A stretch of 64,000 bases of DNA from an uncultured Pseudomonadota bacterium (lineage in GTDB: Bacteria > Myxococcota_A > Polyangia > Fen-1088). The position numbers and the translations under genes are program-made. The stretch spans positions 224,001 to 288,000 of the forward strand of contig CAWKBC010000032.1 in the NCBI GenBank assembly GCA_963847705.1. Direction: 5' to 3'. Of this stretch, positions 20,011 through 29,230 are shown piece after piece. Each line of letters begins with the position of its first letter. Position 1 is the stretch's first letter. The notes beneath the pieces are model-generated. The model saw only the letters and a program-made list of their open reading frames with translations, was not told the origin of the DNA and ran no database searches.

Positions 20011-20185
20011 GAGACTCAAAGGCTCCAGACACCGCAACCGTCGAAAACCAGATCATTGTGCTCGCGGAATCAATAAATTGCAGGTGACAGCAATCACCAG
20101 GAGCAACGATTGCCAAACACTGCGAGGGCGATCTTGCGTGCGGCGACGATCACGGGCGGCGGCTCACGATTTCAGGCGGTCGCTC

Positions 20186-21490
20186 TCACATCTCCATCCG
20201 ACGGAAGCTGCCGTCGAGCATCCACATCCCGAACAGATGCAGCCCGAGGTCCAGCGTCACCGCGGTCGAAGAGGGATAGTAGGGGGGAGGGCCCAGCAGC
20301 TCCGCCGGGATGTGAATGAAGGTGCCCTCGCCGTAGACGCCGACCTGCAGCCCCTTGCGGTGACCGCCCGCGATGACGCGCTCGTACCCGAACGTCTCGA
20401 ACAGCCAGGGGCTGCTGACGATGCCGCCGCGCGATGCCGGCTCCTCGCGCTGGTTGAGCTCGCTGCGCCCCCAAAAGACGTCGCGCAGGGAGGCGTCGCG
20501 CACGGCGAGCTCGGCGAGCGCACCGTTGGCGTTGGCGCCCACGTCGGGGACGTCGATCGCCCAATCGACGAGCCCGTCGAGCCGCCAGCCGCCCAGGAAT
20601 CCCCAGGCGGTCACGCTGGCGCTCCATTGCGTGGCGTCGGGCTCACCGTTGCCCTGGTCGCGCAATCGCTCGCCTGAAAACTGGGCCTCGACCGTCCCCG
20701 CGAACAGGTGGCGGATCCGGGCGGCGTACGACGAGGGGGTCCCGGGATGCGGGGCCCATCGTGTGTCGGCCGGCGTCAGCTCCTTGGCGCTGAAGAGCGA
20801 CGCCTCGAGCGTCGTCGCGCCGTAGCGGAAGGCGGCGCCGAACACCGGGAACGTCTCGTGCGGGTTTTCCCCCTTGTGATGCTTGCGGGGCACCGTCGGC
20901 CCGGGGTTGCTCGCGCGGTGCATGAAGATGGGCGGGCCGATCGTGGCGCTCCCCTGCCCTCCGAAGATCGACAGATCGTAGGCCCCCTCGCTCATCATGC
21001 TGGCGGCGCCGCCCGCGGTGCCGGCCAGGGGATGAAAGGCGATCACCGCCTGGTGCAGGAACTGGTGCGAATGCTGCGCGTCCCACAGCCCCTCGCCCGA
21101 CTGCCCGAGCTCCGGGTAGCCGGCCGGGCCGACGGTGGCGGGCTCGAAGTCGAGCATGAGCAACCCCTCGACCCAGCCGTGGGCCTCGCGGCCGTAGGCC
21201 ATCACCCAGTCGTCGGTGATGAGCGGCTGCGTGCTCCCGGCGTCGAACGTGCGCGGGGTGCCGGGGTTGTCGATCGTGTAGCCCGAGAGGCCAGGGTTGT
21301 TGAGGTGCGCGAACCCGTTCACCATCAGGTGAAAGCCGCCGGCCATCCCCGGCGTCCCGGGGATGAGCGTCTGGCGCGGCGTCGCGTAGGGCATCGACGC
21401 GAGATCGTCGTCGGCGGCCTCGGCGCTGGCCGGCCGCGGCGCCAGTGACAGCGCGAGACAGACGACGATGATCGAGAGCGCCGAACGAAT
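20186..21490 (-). CDS. Putative outer-membrane beta-barrel with His-rich motifs; signal peptide lies upstream of the annotated ATG 21394 (possible ATT start at 21490)
   Basis: GYPELGQSGE..DAQHSHQFL, PPIFMHRAS, PRKHH; alternating aromatic beta-strands; in-frame IRSALSIIVVCLALSLAPRPASA upstream of the ATG. Confidence 0.65.
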   Translation of the reverse strand: MRSALSIIVVCLALSLAPRPASAEAADDDLASMPYATPRQTLIPGTPGMAGGFHLMVNGFAHLNNPGLSGYTIDNPGTPRTFDAGSTQPLITDDWVMAYGREAHGWVEGLLMLDFEPATVGPAGYPELGQSGEGLWDAQHSHQFLHQAVIAFHPLAGTAGGAASMMSEGAYDLSIFGGQGSATIGPPIFMHRASNPGPTVPRKHHKGENPHETFPVFGAAFRYGATTLEASLFSAKELTPADTRWAPHPGTPSSYAARIRHLFAGTVEAQFSGERLRDQGNGEPDATQWSASVTAWGFLGGWRLDGLVDWAIDVPDVGANANGALAELAVRDASLRDVFWGRSELNQREEPASRGGIVSSPWLFETFGYERVIAGGHRKGLQVGVYGEGTFIHIPAELLGPPPYYPSSTAVTLDLGLHLFGMWMLDGSFRRMEM

Positions 21491-21560
21491 GACCCCCGCG
21501 TTTTAACACGCGCCCGGGGTCGGCCGGAGCAGGGCCGACCGAGCTCCTCTCGACAGGCGA

Positions 21561-22910
21561 CTAGGCCGCGATGTCCGGGAGCGGCGTTTTGCTCGCGCCG
21601 GTCAGGCCGGGATCGCCGAAGCCGGTGAAGTTGGTGATCCCGAAGGCGTCGCAGACGTTCAGCAGGATGCGCTCGTGCCGCTCGGTCGACTTCACGTAGC
21701 GCCCGCCGCTGGCGAGCTTGAGGTAGCCGGCGTTGCCGCTGGCCAGGACGAAGCGCATCGATTGCTGGTTGTGGTTCTGGGCGTCGCCCATGTCGCGCGC
21801 CCAGATCATGAGGGTGTTGTCGAACAGCGTCGTCTGACCGGTTGCATCGAGCGGGTCCTGGATCGCCTTCAGGGCATTGATCAGGTTGACGAACTGGGTC
21901 GCCAGGTAGGCCTCGAACTTCACCAGGTTCGCGTAGTTCGAGGCGGCGCCGCTGTGGATGTAGCCGCCGTGCTGATCGTCGTAGGGGAGGCTGTAACTGG
22001 ACGGCGCGTTGACCATCAGCTTCTGATCGTTGCCGTACTCGAGACAGGCCACCCGCGTGTAGTCGCAGGCGAAGGCGCTGACGATGATCTGCTGGTGGAG
22101 CAGGTTGGCCGCCAGCGCGTCGAGGTCGCCCATCACCTGAATCGTACTGTCGGCGCCCGGGGTCGACGGCTTGGTGCACCCGCCGCCCGACGAGGACGTG
22201 CTGGCGTTCAGCTTGTTCTCGAGCTGGGAGATCGAGTCGAGGTGTTGGTCGAGCTTGGCCTTCTCGTTGCTGCCGAGGGTCCCTTCGAGCGATTTGATCT
22301 CGGCGGAGACCGTATCGAGGATGCTCATCCGGCGGGTGAGCAGCGACGAGGCCGACATCCCGGTGGGGAGCGCGGTCCCGAACACGGTGTTGAAGGCCGA
22401 CAGCGGCGAGCTGATCGTGGGGAGGTTCCCGCCGTTGGAGCCGCCGTAGAACTGGGAGAGGCCCCCGCTCTCGTTGGCGTTCGCCCCGAGCAGCAGCGAG
22501 CCGATCGGTCGGTTGATCCCGGCGGCGACCAGGTTCTTGGCCACGAACTGATCGACGGAGATCTTGATGACCGGGACGTTGTTGACGGCGTAGTAGCCGA
22601 ACCCCTGACCGGTGAGGCTGTCGGAGCTGCCGTGGTTGTCGTTGGGGTTGCCGCTCGGCATCCCCTCGACCAGGACCACGTTGCTCGCCACCGCCGACAG
22701 CGGCTGGGTCATGGCGCTCCAGGCGGTGATCGTCTCGCCCGACACGGTCGGCGTCCAGAGCGGCGGATAGGTCCCCATCGTGCAGAAGACGAGGAGACGC
22801 TTGGACTGTTTGCTGCCGGCCTGCGCCTTCCGCGCGAGCCCCATGTTGATGAACGGCGCCAACAGGAGACTGGCGCCGACGCTGCCCACGAACTGTCTGC
22901 GGCTAGGCAT
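21561..22910 (-). CDS. Tat-exported DUF1552 domain protein
   Basis: SRRQFV Tat motif; ISVDQFVA, KLDQHLDSISQLE, AFACDYTRVA, TLFDNTLMIW. Confidence 0.88.
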   Translation of the reverse strand: MPSRRQFVGSVGASLLLAPFINMGLARKAQAGSKQSKRLLVFCTMGTYPPLWTPTVSGETITAWSAMTQPLSAVASNVVLVEGMPSGNPNDNHGSSDSLTGQGFGYYAVNNVPVIKISVDQFVAKNLVAAGINRPIGSLLLGANANESGGLSQFYGGSNGGNLPTISSPLSAFNTVFGTALPTGMSASSLLTRRMSILDTVSAEIKSLEGTLGSNEKAKLDQHLDSISQLENKLNASTSSSGGGCTKPSTPGADSTIQVMGDLDALAANLLHQQIIVSAFACDYTRVACLEYGNDQKLMVNAPSSYSLPYDDQHGGYIHSGAASNYANLVKFEAYLATQFVNLINALKAIQDPLDATGQTTLFDNTLMIWARDMGDAQNHNQQSMRFVLASGNAGYLKLASGGRYVKSTERHERILLNVCDAFGITNFTGFGDPGLTGASKTPLPDIAA

Positions 22911-22925
22911 GTCTCGTCGTTCTCC

Positions 22926-24824
22926 TTATTGGTCCTGCACGCGGGTCGTGAAGTTGGGTGCGTGGAGGATCGCCATCAACACGCTCTTGAGCCCGAACCC
23001 GTTGGTCTGCGACTCGTTGTAGATCGCGTCGTAGGTGCAGCCATCCTGCGCCCAGGAGCTCGACCCGTAGGTGTAGTAGGTCCAGTACCTCTCCATGCAG
23101 TGGGTGACCGTGTTGCTCTGGGCCAGATAGGCCGGGAGGCTCCCCGCGCCGGAGAGGCCGGTCACCGGGTCATCCTGCCCGTCGTCGGGAGAGGAGTAGA
23201 TGATCGCGGTGTCGACGGTCGGCAGGCCATTGTCGGTGGTGCGGTAGCGCCCCCATCCGTCGTAGTTCTCGAAGGCGAAGCCGATCCAGTCCATCGCCTT
23301 GTGGCAGCCGGCGCAGGCCCCTTGCTCGTGCTCGTTGATGAAATGATCGCGGGTCGTCTCGACGGTCGTCGACGGCATGAAGGTGGTGTTCAGCCCGGCC
23401 GGCGGCGGGTTGATGTTCTGACAGAGCATCCGCGAGCGCACCAGGTGGCCGCGCTGGGTGGGCGAGTCGGTGTTGGGGCGGGCGTAGCCGTTCAGGATCG
23501 TCCCGGTCGCCAGCAGCCCCGGATCGCGGGTGATCGGCGCGGTGTACTTGACGCTGGTGAACGAGGTCCCGAGGCCGTTGGTCACGCTGGTCGGAAAACC
23601 GTAGAAGGTCGCCAGGTCCTTGTTCAAGAACGAGTGATCGGCGGTCAGCACCGAGCCGAAGGTCCCGCTGCCGTTGAACGCCTCCATGATGAGATCCTGC
23701 GACTCCGTCTGCATCTCGTTCTGCGTGGTCGCCGATATGGTGTAGACGGTGGTGTCCTTGGCCGTCGTGAAGAGCCGCGGCAGCCCCAGCCAGCCGTTCA
23801 TGAAGCCCATCACCGCCGTGGAGTTGCTGGCCGAGCTCGAGCCGACGAGCCGCATCGCCTGCGCGTCGATCATCGCCGACATTTGCGTGCTCCCCGAGTT
23901 GACCGAATCGGCGGCCGTCAGGAGCGTGCTGTCGGGCGTGGTTCCGGTCAGCGTGTAGGCGAGCTCGGTGGCGACCTCGTACGGCGTCAGCGCGAAGCTG
24001 CTCCCGCTCTGCTTGCCGAGCTCGAGGCGATAAAGGAAGTACGGCGATTGCAGCATCGCGGAGATGACCGCCTGCGCGCCGTCCGAGTTCGAGCTGCCCG
24101 CCATGAACAGCTTGCTGTAGGTCGTGAGGCGCGCGTCGCCCGTCGCCAGCGTGGTGCGGAACGCGACCCGACCGAAGGCCTGGATGAACGAGGTGGCGCA
24201 TGAGGACGCCGGTGCCCCCGTCGCCGTCGCAGCGCAGCTGGCAAACTGCGCCAGCTTGCCAGCGGACGCCGCCCAGGCCGCGACCGCCTCCGCGTTGTCC
24301 TCGAGCTGCGAGGCGTTCAGGCCCTGAACGAGAAGCCCATTGGCATCGATCGAGAAGCCGAGCACCGCCGTATCGCTGAATACGGTGGCCACCGGCGCGG
24401 CGTTGGCGGTGTCACCAAAGATGCTGTAAATGCTGGCCGCGAACTCCGGGGCCGAGAGCCGCCAGATCTTCCGCGGGCCCGGAGCATTGCTGGTGCAGGG
24501 ATCGGGGTCCGCCAGCGCGCTCGGCAGGAGCTGAACACCGCCGTCGGCGGCGTTCGCGCCACCGGTCCCGGTCGACGTTCCATCGCCGCCGGTGCCGCTG
24601 GTGCTTCCACCGCCGGTGGTGCTGCCGGTGCCGCTGGTGCTTCCGCCGCCGGTGGTGCTGCCGGTGCCGCTGGTGCTTCCGCCGCCGCTGCCGGTGCCGG
24701 TGACGCTTCCGCCGCCGCTGTTTCCCCCTGTCCCCGTGATGAAATTTTGATCACCACGGCCAGCGCAACCACCGGCAAAGGCGAACACGGTGGAAGAAAT
24801 TACAAGGAGAGAGAACCGTTGCAT
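22926..24824 (-). CDS. DUF1587/1595/1592/1588 domain lipoprotein with a CxxCH motif
   Basis: AGGC lipobox; MLQSPYFLYRLE, LTPYEVATELAY, SPTQRGHLVR, CAGCHKAMD.IGFAFENYD..GRYR. Confidence 0.88.
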   Translation of the reverse strand: MQRFSLLVISSTVFAFAGGCAGRGDQNFITGTGGNSGGGSVTGTGSGGGSTSGTGSTTGGGSTSGTGSTTGGGSTSGTGGDGTSTGTGGANAADGGVQLLPSALADPDPCTSNAPGPRKIWRLSAPEFAASIYSIFGDTANAAPVATVFSDTAVLGFSIDANGLLVQGLNASQLEDNAEAVAAWAASAGKLAQFASCAATATGAPASSCATSFIQAFGRVAFRTTLATGDARLTTYSKLFMAGSSNSDGAQAVISAMLQSPYFLYRLELGKQSGSSFALTPYEVATELAYTLTGTTPDSTLLTAADSVNSGSTQMSAMIDAQAMRLVGSSSASNSTAVMGFMNGWLGLPRLFTTAKDTTVYTISATTQNEMQTESQDLIMEAFNGSGTFGSVLTADHSFLNKDLATFYGFPTSVTNGLGTSFTSVKYTAPITRDPGLLATGTILNGYARPNTDSPTQRGHLVRSRMLCQNINPPPAGLNTTFMPSTTVETTRDHFINEHEQGACAGCHKAMDWIGFAFENYDGWGRYRTTDNGLPTVDTAIIYSSPDDGQDDPVTGLSGAGSLPAYLAQSNTVTHCMERYWTYYTYGSSSWAQDGCTYDAIYNESQTNGFGLKSVLMAILHAPNFTTRVQDQ

Positions 24825-25051
24825 CAGACCTCCGAGGGGGCGACAAAAGCGGGAGGCAGAGAGGCCGCTGAGAGTGGTTAACGCTAGCGCCGTGCATGCT
24901 CGAGGTCAATTGTGCATTGCTCCTCACCGACGGGAAACGCGGTGTGATACCCAGCTGCAACCACTCTGGCGGCAGCACACCTACATGGTGGCTGCGACCT
25001 TGCGCACGACCGATGTGGGACGACCACCCACCTCCCACCGGCGTTCCACCT

Positions 25052-25444
25052 CTACCGGAAGTCTCTGAGGTGCCGCCGCCCGCCCTGCCGAGGCGAACCG
25101 TCCTTCGCCTGCTGGCACTCGACGCAAAGCTCGACGTACGGCATCAACTCGAGCCGCCTGGCGGCGATCGGCTCGTCGCACTCGGCGCAGTTGCCGAAGC
25201 CGTCCGGATCGTCCTCGAGCCGGGCCAGCGCGGCCAGCACGCGCGCCAGCACGCCGGCCCGGTTGCGGTTTCGCGAGGAGGCGATCGACTGCGACATCTC
25301 GGCCAGGGGTTGCGCGTCCTCGTCGTTGCCGACCGCCGTGTCGTCCTCGCGCGCCGCCTCCGGCTCGATGTCGCCCGCGGCCAGGATCTCGACCTTGAGC
25401 GCCAGCAGCCGCTGGCGGTGACGTTGGGCTGCCGAAGCGTCCAT
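25052..25444 (-). CDS. TraR/DksA family C4 zinc-finger protein
   Basis: FGNCAECDEPIAARRLELMPYVELCVECQ; preceded by TAGAAT-6nt-ATG. Confidence 0.9.
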   Translation of the reverse strand: MDASAAQRHRQRLLALKVEILAAGDIEPEAAREDDTAVGNDEDAQPLAEMSQSIASSRNRNRAGVLARVLAALARLEDDPDGFGNCAECDEPIAARRLELMPYVELCVECQQAKDGSPRQGGRRHLRDFR

Positions 25445-25494
25445 ACCGTCATTCTAAGGTAGCGTGCCCAGCCGGTTCGAGCAGATTGGGCTGG

Positions 25495-26823
25495 TCAGAC
25501 CGCGGGCCGGCGCCGCACCATGTTCGCGTAGGCGATCGCGGCCGCGACCGCCACCACGGCCAGCCAGAGCAACGCCCGCGGATCGTCGGTGAGCGTGTAC
25601 CAGAGCATCCACGCCGCGCCGGCCAGGTAGACGATCGCCGCGCCGACCACGACCGGTGACGGGCGGGGAAATTGGGTCCGCCCGAAACGGAGACGCAAGA
25701 CCAGCGCCACGGTCAGGGTCGAGTCCAGGGTCAGGATGGCGCCCACCGAACGGAGCAGCGCCTCGAAGCTGTTCGTCGCCAGGAGGGCGAGCGCGAGGGC
25801 ACTTTGCAGCAACACCGACCAGACCGGCGGGCGTCCCGCGCGACCGGCCAGTGCCCGCGGCAGGAACCCCTCCTCCGCCATGGCGGAAGCGACGCGCGGG
25901 CCGGCCATCGTCATCGCGATCACGGACGAGGCCAGCGAGAGCACCACGCAGAGCGACGTCGCCCGGGCCGCGCCCGCGCCCGCCAGCTGCTCCATCAACA
26001 GATGGGCCAGGGTGATCCGCGTGGTGTCCTGCCCCAGCCAGCCGGCCAGGCGCTGGCCCGACAGGTTGGCGACGAAGATGGCGTTGACGACCAGGTAGAC
26101 GACCGTCACCAGCGCCGTCCCCCAGAGCATCGCGCGGGGCACCGTCCGCCGGGGATCGCGAAACTCCTCGGCGGCATAGGCGACCGCGTTCCAGCCCGAG
26201 TAGGCAAAGGCGACGTAGACCAGCGACACGGCGAACGGCTCGAGGGGGAGCGTCGATGGGGCCTCCGGCGCCCGCCAGGTCGGCACGGCGTGGGCGCCCA
26301 GCGCCACCCCCACGACGATGAAGCCGGCCAGGAGCAGCCCCTTGACGATGGCCAGCGCGTCCTGGGTCCGCTTCGACCACCGCGCGTCGAAGGCCTGGGA
26401 GGCCGTCGCCAGGACGATCAGCGCGGCCCCGGTCAGCCGCGGCGGCGCAGCAGGGACGAGCGTCGCGACGAACGGGCCCGCCGTCGCCGCCGCCAGCGCC
26501 ACCGGCGCCGAGAACCCCACCAGCAGCGAGGTCCACCCCGACAGCGTCCCGAAGAACGGATGCAACAGCTCGGAGAGATACCGGTACTCGCCACCCGAGC
26601 GGGGGATCGCCCGCGCCAGCTCGGCGTAGCAAGCCGCGCCGGCAATCGCCAGCGCGCCCCCCACCAGCCAGCCGAGGAGAATGGCGCGTGGCCCCAGCTG
26701 CAGGGCCATGTAGCCGGTGTTGGTGAGGACGCCGACGCCGATCACGTTGCCGACGACCAGGCCGATCCCCGACCACAGCCCCAGCTTGCCGGGCTGGGCA
26801 CGCTGCCTCTCCACGCGCTTCAC
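25495..26823 (-). CDS. APC family amino acid permease
   Basis: GLVVGNVIGVG, YAELARAIPRSGGEY, FAYSGWN..AYAAEEFRDP; about 12 TM; GTGA overlap with the upstream stop. Confidence 0.9.
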   Translation of the reverse strand: MKRVERQRAQPGKLGLWSGIGLVVGNVIGVGVLTNTGYMALQLGPRAILLGWLVGGALAIAGAACYAELARAIPRSGGEYRYLSELLHPFFGTLSGWTSLLVGFSAPVALAAATAGPFVATLVPAAPPRLTGAALIVLATASQAFDARWSKRTQDALAIVKGLLLAGFIVVGVALGAHAVPTWRAPEAPSTLPLEPFAVSLVYVAFAYSGWNAVAYAAEEFRDPRRTVPRAMLWGTALVTVVYLVVNAIFVANLSGQRLAGWLGQDTTRITLAHLLMEQLAGAGAARATSLCVVLSLASSVIAMTMAGPRVASAMAEEGFLPRALAGRAGRPPVWSVLLQSALALALLATNSFEALLRSVGAILTLDSTLTVALVLRLRFGRTQFPRPSPVVVGAAIVYLAGAAWMLWYTLTDDPRALLWLAVVAVAAAIAYANMVRRRPAV

Positions 26824-27719
26824 CTGCCGCGAAAACCGCCCCCCGCGCGCCCGCCGGCCTCGATCCAGGCGTGGGCCATGCGGGCCGTGTCGAAGGCGAA
26901 GCCGACCCTCCCCGCGACGTCGACGCAGATGAGCCCGCCGGAGCCGCCCTGGCGGCGGACCGCCGGCAGCACGTCTCGGGCGGCCTCCGTCGGAGACCGG
27001 CCAGCCCGCAGCGCCTCGACCGCCTGCCTGGCCGCGGCGGCCTTGATGAACGCCTCGCCGTGGCCGGTGCACGAGACCGCTCCGGCGCCGTCGTCGGCGT
27101 AGGTCCCGGCGCCGATCAGCGCCGAGTCCCCCACCCGCCCGCGTCGCTTGAGCATCGTCCCGCCGGTCGAGGTGGCGGCGGCGAGGCGGCCCGCGGCGTC
27201 GCGCGCCACGCAGCCGACCGTACCGCCGGAGGGCGCTGCCGCCGCGCGGGCCACGGCCGCGCGCCACTTGCCGCGCATCCCCTCGGTCACCAGCGTTCCG
27301 GGCGGAAGCGGGGTCAGACCGCATTCGGCGGCGAAGGCCCCGGCGCCCGCGCCGACCAGCAGGACGTGGGGCGTCTTCTCCATCACCAGGCGCGCCAACC
27401 GGATCGGGTTCTTCACGTCGCGCAGCGCCCCCACGGCGCCGGCGCGGCCGTCGCCGCACATGACGGAGGCGTCGCACTCGACCTCGCCGTCGACGGTCAG
27501 CGCCGACCCGGTCCCGGCGTTGAACCGAGGATCGTCCTCCAGAACGACGACCGCGGCCGTCGCCGCGTCGAGCGCCGAGCCCCCCGCGCGGAGAATCTCG
27601 AAGCCGGCCTGCGCGGCGGCGCCACAGACCGCCACCAGCGCCTCGCCCTCGCCGTCCTCGGACGACCAATCGCCGGCACCGCCGTGCACGATGAGAGCGG
27701 GTTCGAGGGAAGCCGACAT
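26820..27719 (-). CDS. iaaA: Isoaspartyl peptidase / plant-type L-asparaginase (Ntn hydrolase)
   Basis: IVHGGAG, LEDDPRFNAGTGS, GGTVGCVA (Thr nucleophile), ATSTGG, GRVGDS, SCTGHGE. Confidence 0.9.
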   Translation of the reverse strand: MSASLEPALIVHGGAGDWSSEDGEGEALVAVCGAAAQAGFEILRAGGSALDAATAAVVVLEDDPRFNAGTGSALTVDGEVECDASVMCGDGRAGAVGALRDVKNPIRLARLVMEKTPHVLLVGAGAGAFAAECGLTPLPPGTLVTEGMRGKWRAAVARAAAAPSGGTVGCVARDAAGRLAAATSTGGTMLKRRGRVGDSALIGAGTYADDGAGAVSCTGHGEAFIKAAAARQAVEALRAGRSPTEAARDVLPAVRRQGGSGGLICVDVAGRVGFAFDTARMAHAWIEAGGRAGGGFRGR

Positions 27720-27776
27720 CGCGAGGCCGCGATCATAGACCGGGCCGACCTCTTCGGCGACAGACGGCGCACAGCC

Positions 27777-27935
27777 CCCCTCGAACGAATCCTCCGCGAG
27801 CTCCCGGGAGATCCGCGGGCGCCGCTGGCCGCGCTCGCCCTCGGCCGGCTGGAGCTGGGTTCGTAGAACCGGCCCGCCAGGGCCGCGACGGCGCTCAACC
27901 TGGCGCTGTCGCTCGGCGTTCCGCAGCATCGTCGA
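27777..27935 (+). pseudogene. Remnant of a TPR-like C-terminus typical of myxobacterial FecR-type anti-sigma proteins, with an in-frame TAG
   Basis: PLERILRELPGDPRAPLAALALGRLELGS*NRPARAATALNLALSLGVP; stop at 27864-27866. Confidence 0.45.
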
Positions 27936-27959
27936 GTCGCAAATGCGATAAGTTGGCCC

Positions 27960-28790
27960 ATGCGGCCTTTCCGGCTACCGATCCTGATCGCTGTCTCGGT
28001 CGCGCTGCGGGTCACGCTCTCGATCGACCCGTGCGACGCGAGCGCCGCCGCGGTCGACGTTCGGGTGCGCGATCCGGGCCGCCCGGCCGACCTGGCACGG
28101 CGGGTCGGCCTGGGCGACGTCCCGCTCGAGGCGCGGCCGCGGGCGCTCGCCCTGGCCGTGGCGGAGCTGGCGCACTCTGCGACCGCCTCGCCACCGGCGG
28201 CGCCGGCCGTGACCGCGCCCGCACCTCCACCCGCCTCGAGCGCCGGCACGGGCGATTCCGGCGGGGTGCCCCGACCGCGCGTCCCCTGGATCTTCATCTC
28301 CGGGATCGTCGAGCTCGAGACCCACCCGGGAAACAACATGACCTTGTGGGGCGTGCGCCCGTCCGTGGCGGTGGCACGCGGCCACTGGCAGGGGGCGCTG
28401 GACGTCGACCTCATGGCCGGCAATCCATCGATCCCGCTCGGCGACGTCGGCACCCGGATGCTGGCCGCAACGTTGGCGGTGGGTCCGCGCCTGACGCTCG
28501 GGCACCTGGTGGTCGACCTGGCAGCCTGCGGCCGTTTCGGCTGGGCCTGGATGGCCGGGAACACGAGCGACGCGAACGCCGTCGCCAGCTCGGGCTCGGC
28601 GCCGGTCGCCAGCGCGGGCGGCCGGCTCGGGATCTTCCTTCCGACCGCCGCGAAGGTGAGCCACGTGCGCGCGCTGGTGGAAGCCGGCGCGATGATTCAT
28701 GGGCTCGACGCCACCGTCAACGGAGCCACCGCGGCGGGCCTGACGGGCGGTTACGTTCTGTTGGGCGTCGGCTTCGGTGAGAACAGATAG
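27960..28790 (+). CDS. Hypothetical protein with a C-terminal OMP-like beta region, possibly N-terminally truncated
   Basis: ARPRALALAVAEL motif, Pro-rich linker, amphipathic strands ending GVGF. Confidence 0.6.
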   Translation: MRPFRLPILIAVSVALRVTLSIDPCDASAAAVDVRVRDPGRPADLARRVGLGDVPLEARPRALALAVAELAHSATASPPAAPAVTAPAPPPASSAGTGDSGGVPRPRVPWIFISGIVELETHPGNNMTLWGVRPSVAVARGHWQGALDVDLMAGNPSIPLGDVGTRMLAATLAVGPRLTLGHLVVDLAACGRFGWAWMAGNTSDANAVASSGSAPVASAGGRLGIFLPTAAKVSHVRALVEAGAMIHGLDATVNGATAAGLTGGYVLLGVGFGENR

Positions 28791-28865
28791 CTCCGCTCGC
28801 CCGCGGCGGCGCCATCGCCGGCAATTGGGCCACATAGGGGAGATCCCCAAAGTCGCGGCGGCGAA

Positions 28866-28893
28866 TTGACCGCCGTTCCCAACGACGTACCTT
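28866..28893 (+). promoter_or_regulatory. Sigma70-like promoter TTGACC-N16-TACCTT, 7 nt before the hypA ATG (leaderless)
   Basis: Both hexamers read directly; no SD before ATG 28901. Confidence 0.6.
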
Positions 28894-28900
28894 GGGCGCC

Positions 28901-29230
28901 ATGCACGAGCTGGCCCTGATGGGGCGGGTGGTGGCGGCGGTGGAGTCGCGGGTTGGGCCCGCGCGCGTCGCCCGCCTCCGCATCCAGATCGGAAGGCTCG
29001 CCGGGGTTCTGCCCGAGACGGTCCAGTTCTGCTTTGCCATCTGCGCGCGCGGCACGGCGCTGGATGGCGCGCAGCTGGAGATCGACGAGGTTCGCGGCCG
29101 CGGGCACTGCCGCCGTTGCGGCGCCGACGTCGCCATGGAGACGTTCGTCGATCCCTGCGCCTGCGGCAGCCGGGAGATCGACGTGGTGGGTGGCAAGGAA
29201 CTGCAAATCGAAACCGTGGAGGTCCAATGA
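28901..29230 (+). CDS. hypA: Hydrogenase maturation nickel metallochaperone HypA
   Basis: MHE N-terminus, GTALDGAQLEI, CRRCG...CACGS, GKEL. Confidence 0.92.
   Translation: MHELALMGRVVAAVESRVGPARVARLRIQIGRLAGVLPETVQFCFAICARGTALDGAQLEIDEVRGRGHCRRCGADVAMETFVDPCACGSREIDVVGGKELQIETVEVQ

Noticed and set aside
24587-24720. 36-bp tandem repeats as a separate element
   Set aside because: They simply encode the GGGSTSGTGSTT low-complexity linker of the DUF1592 lipoprotein
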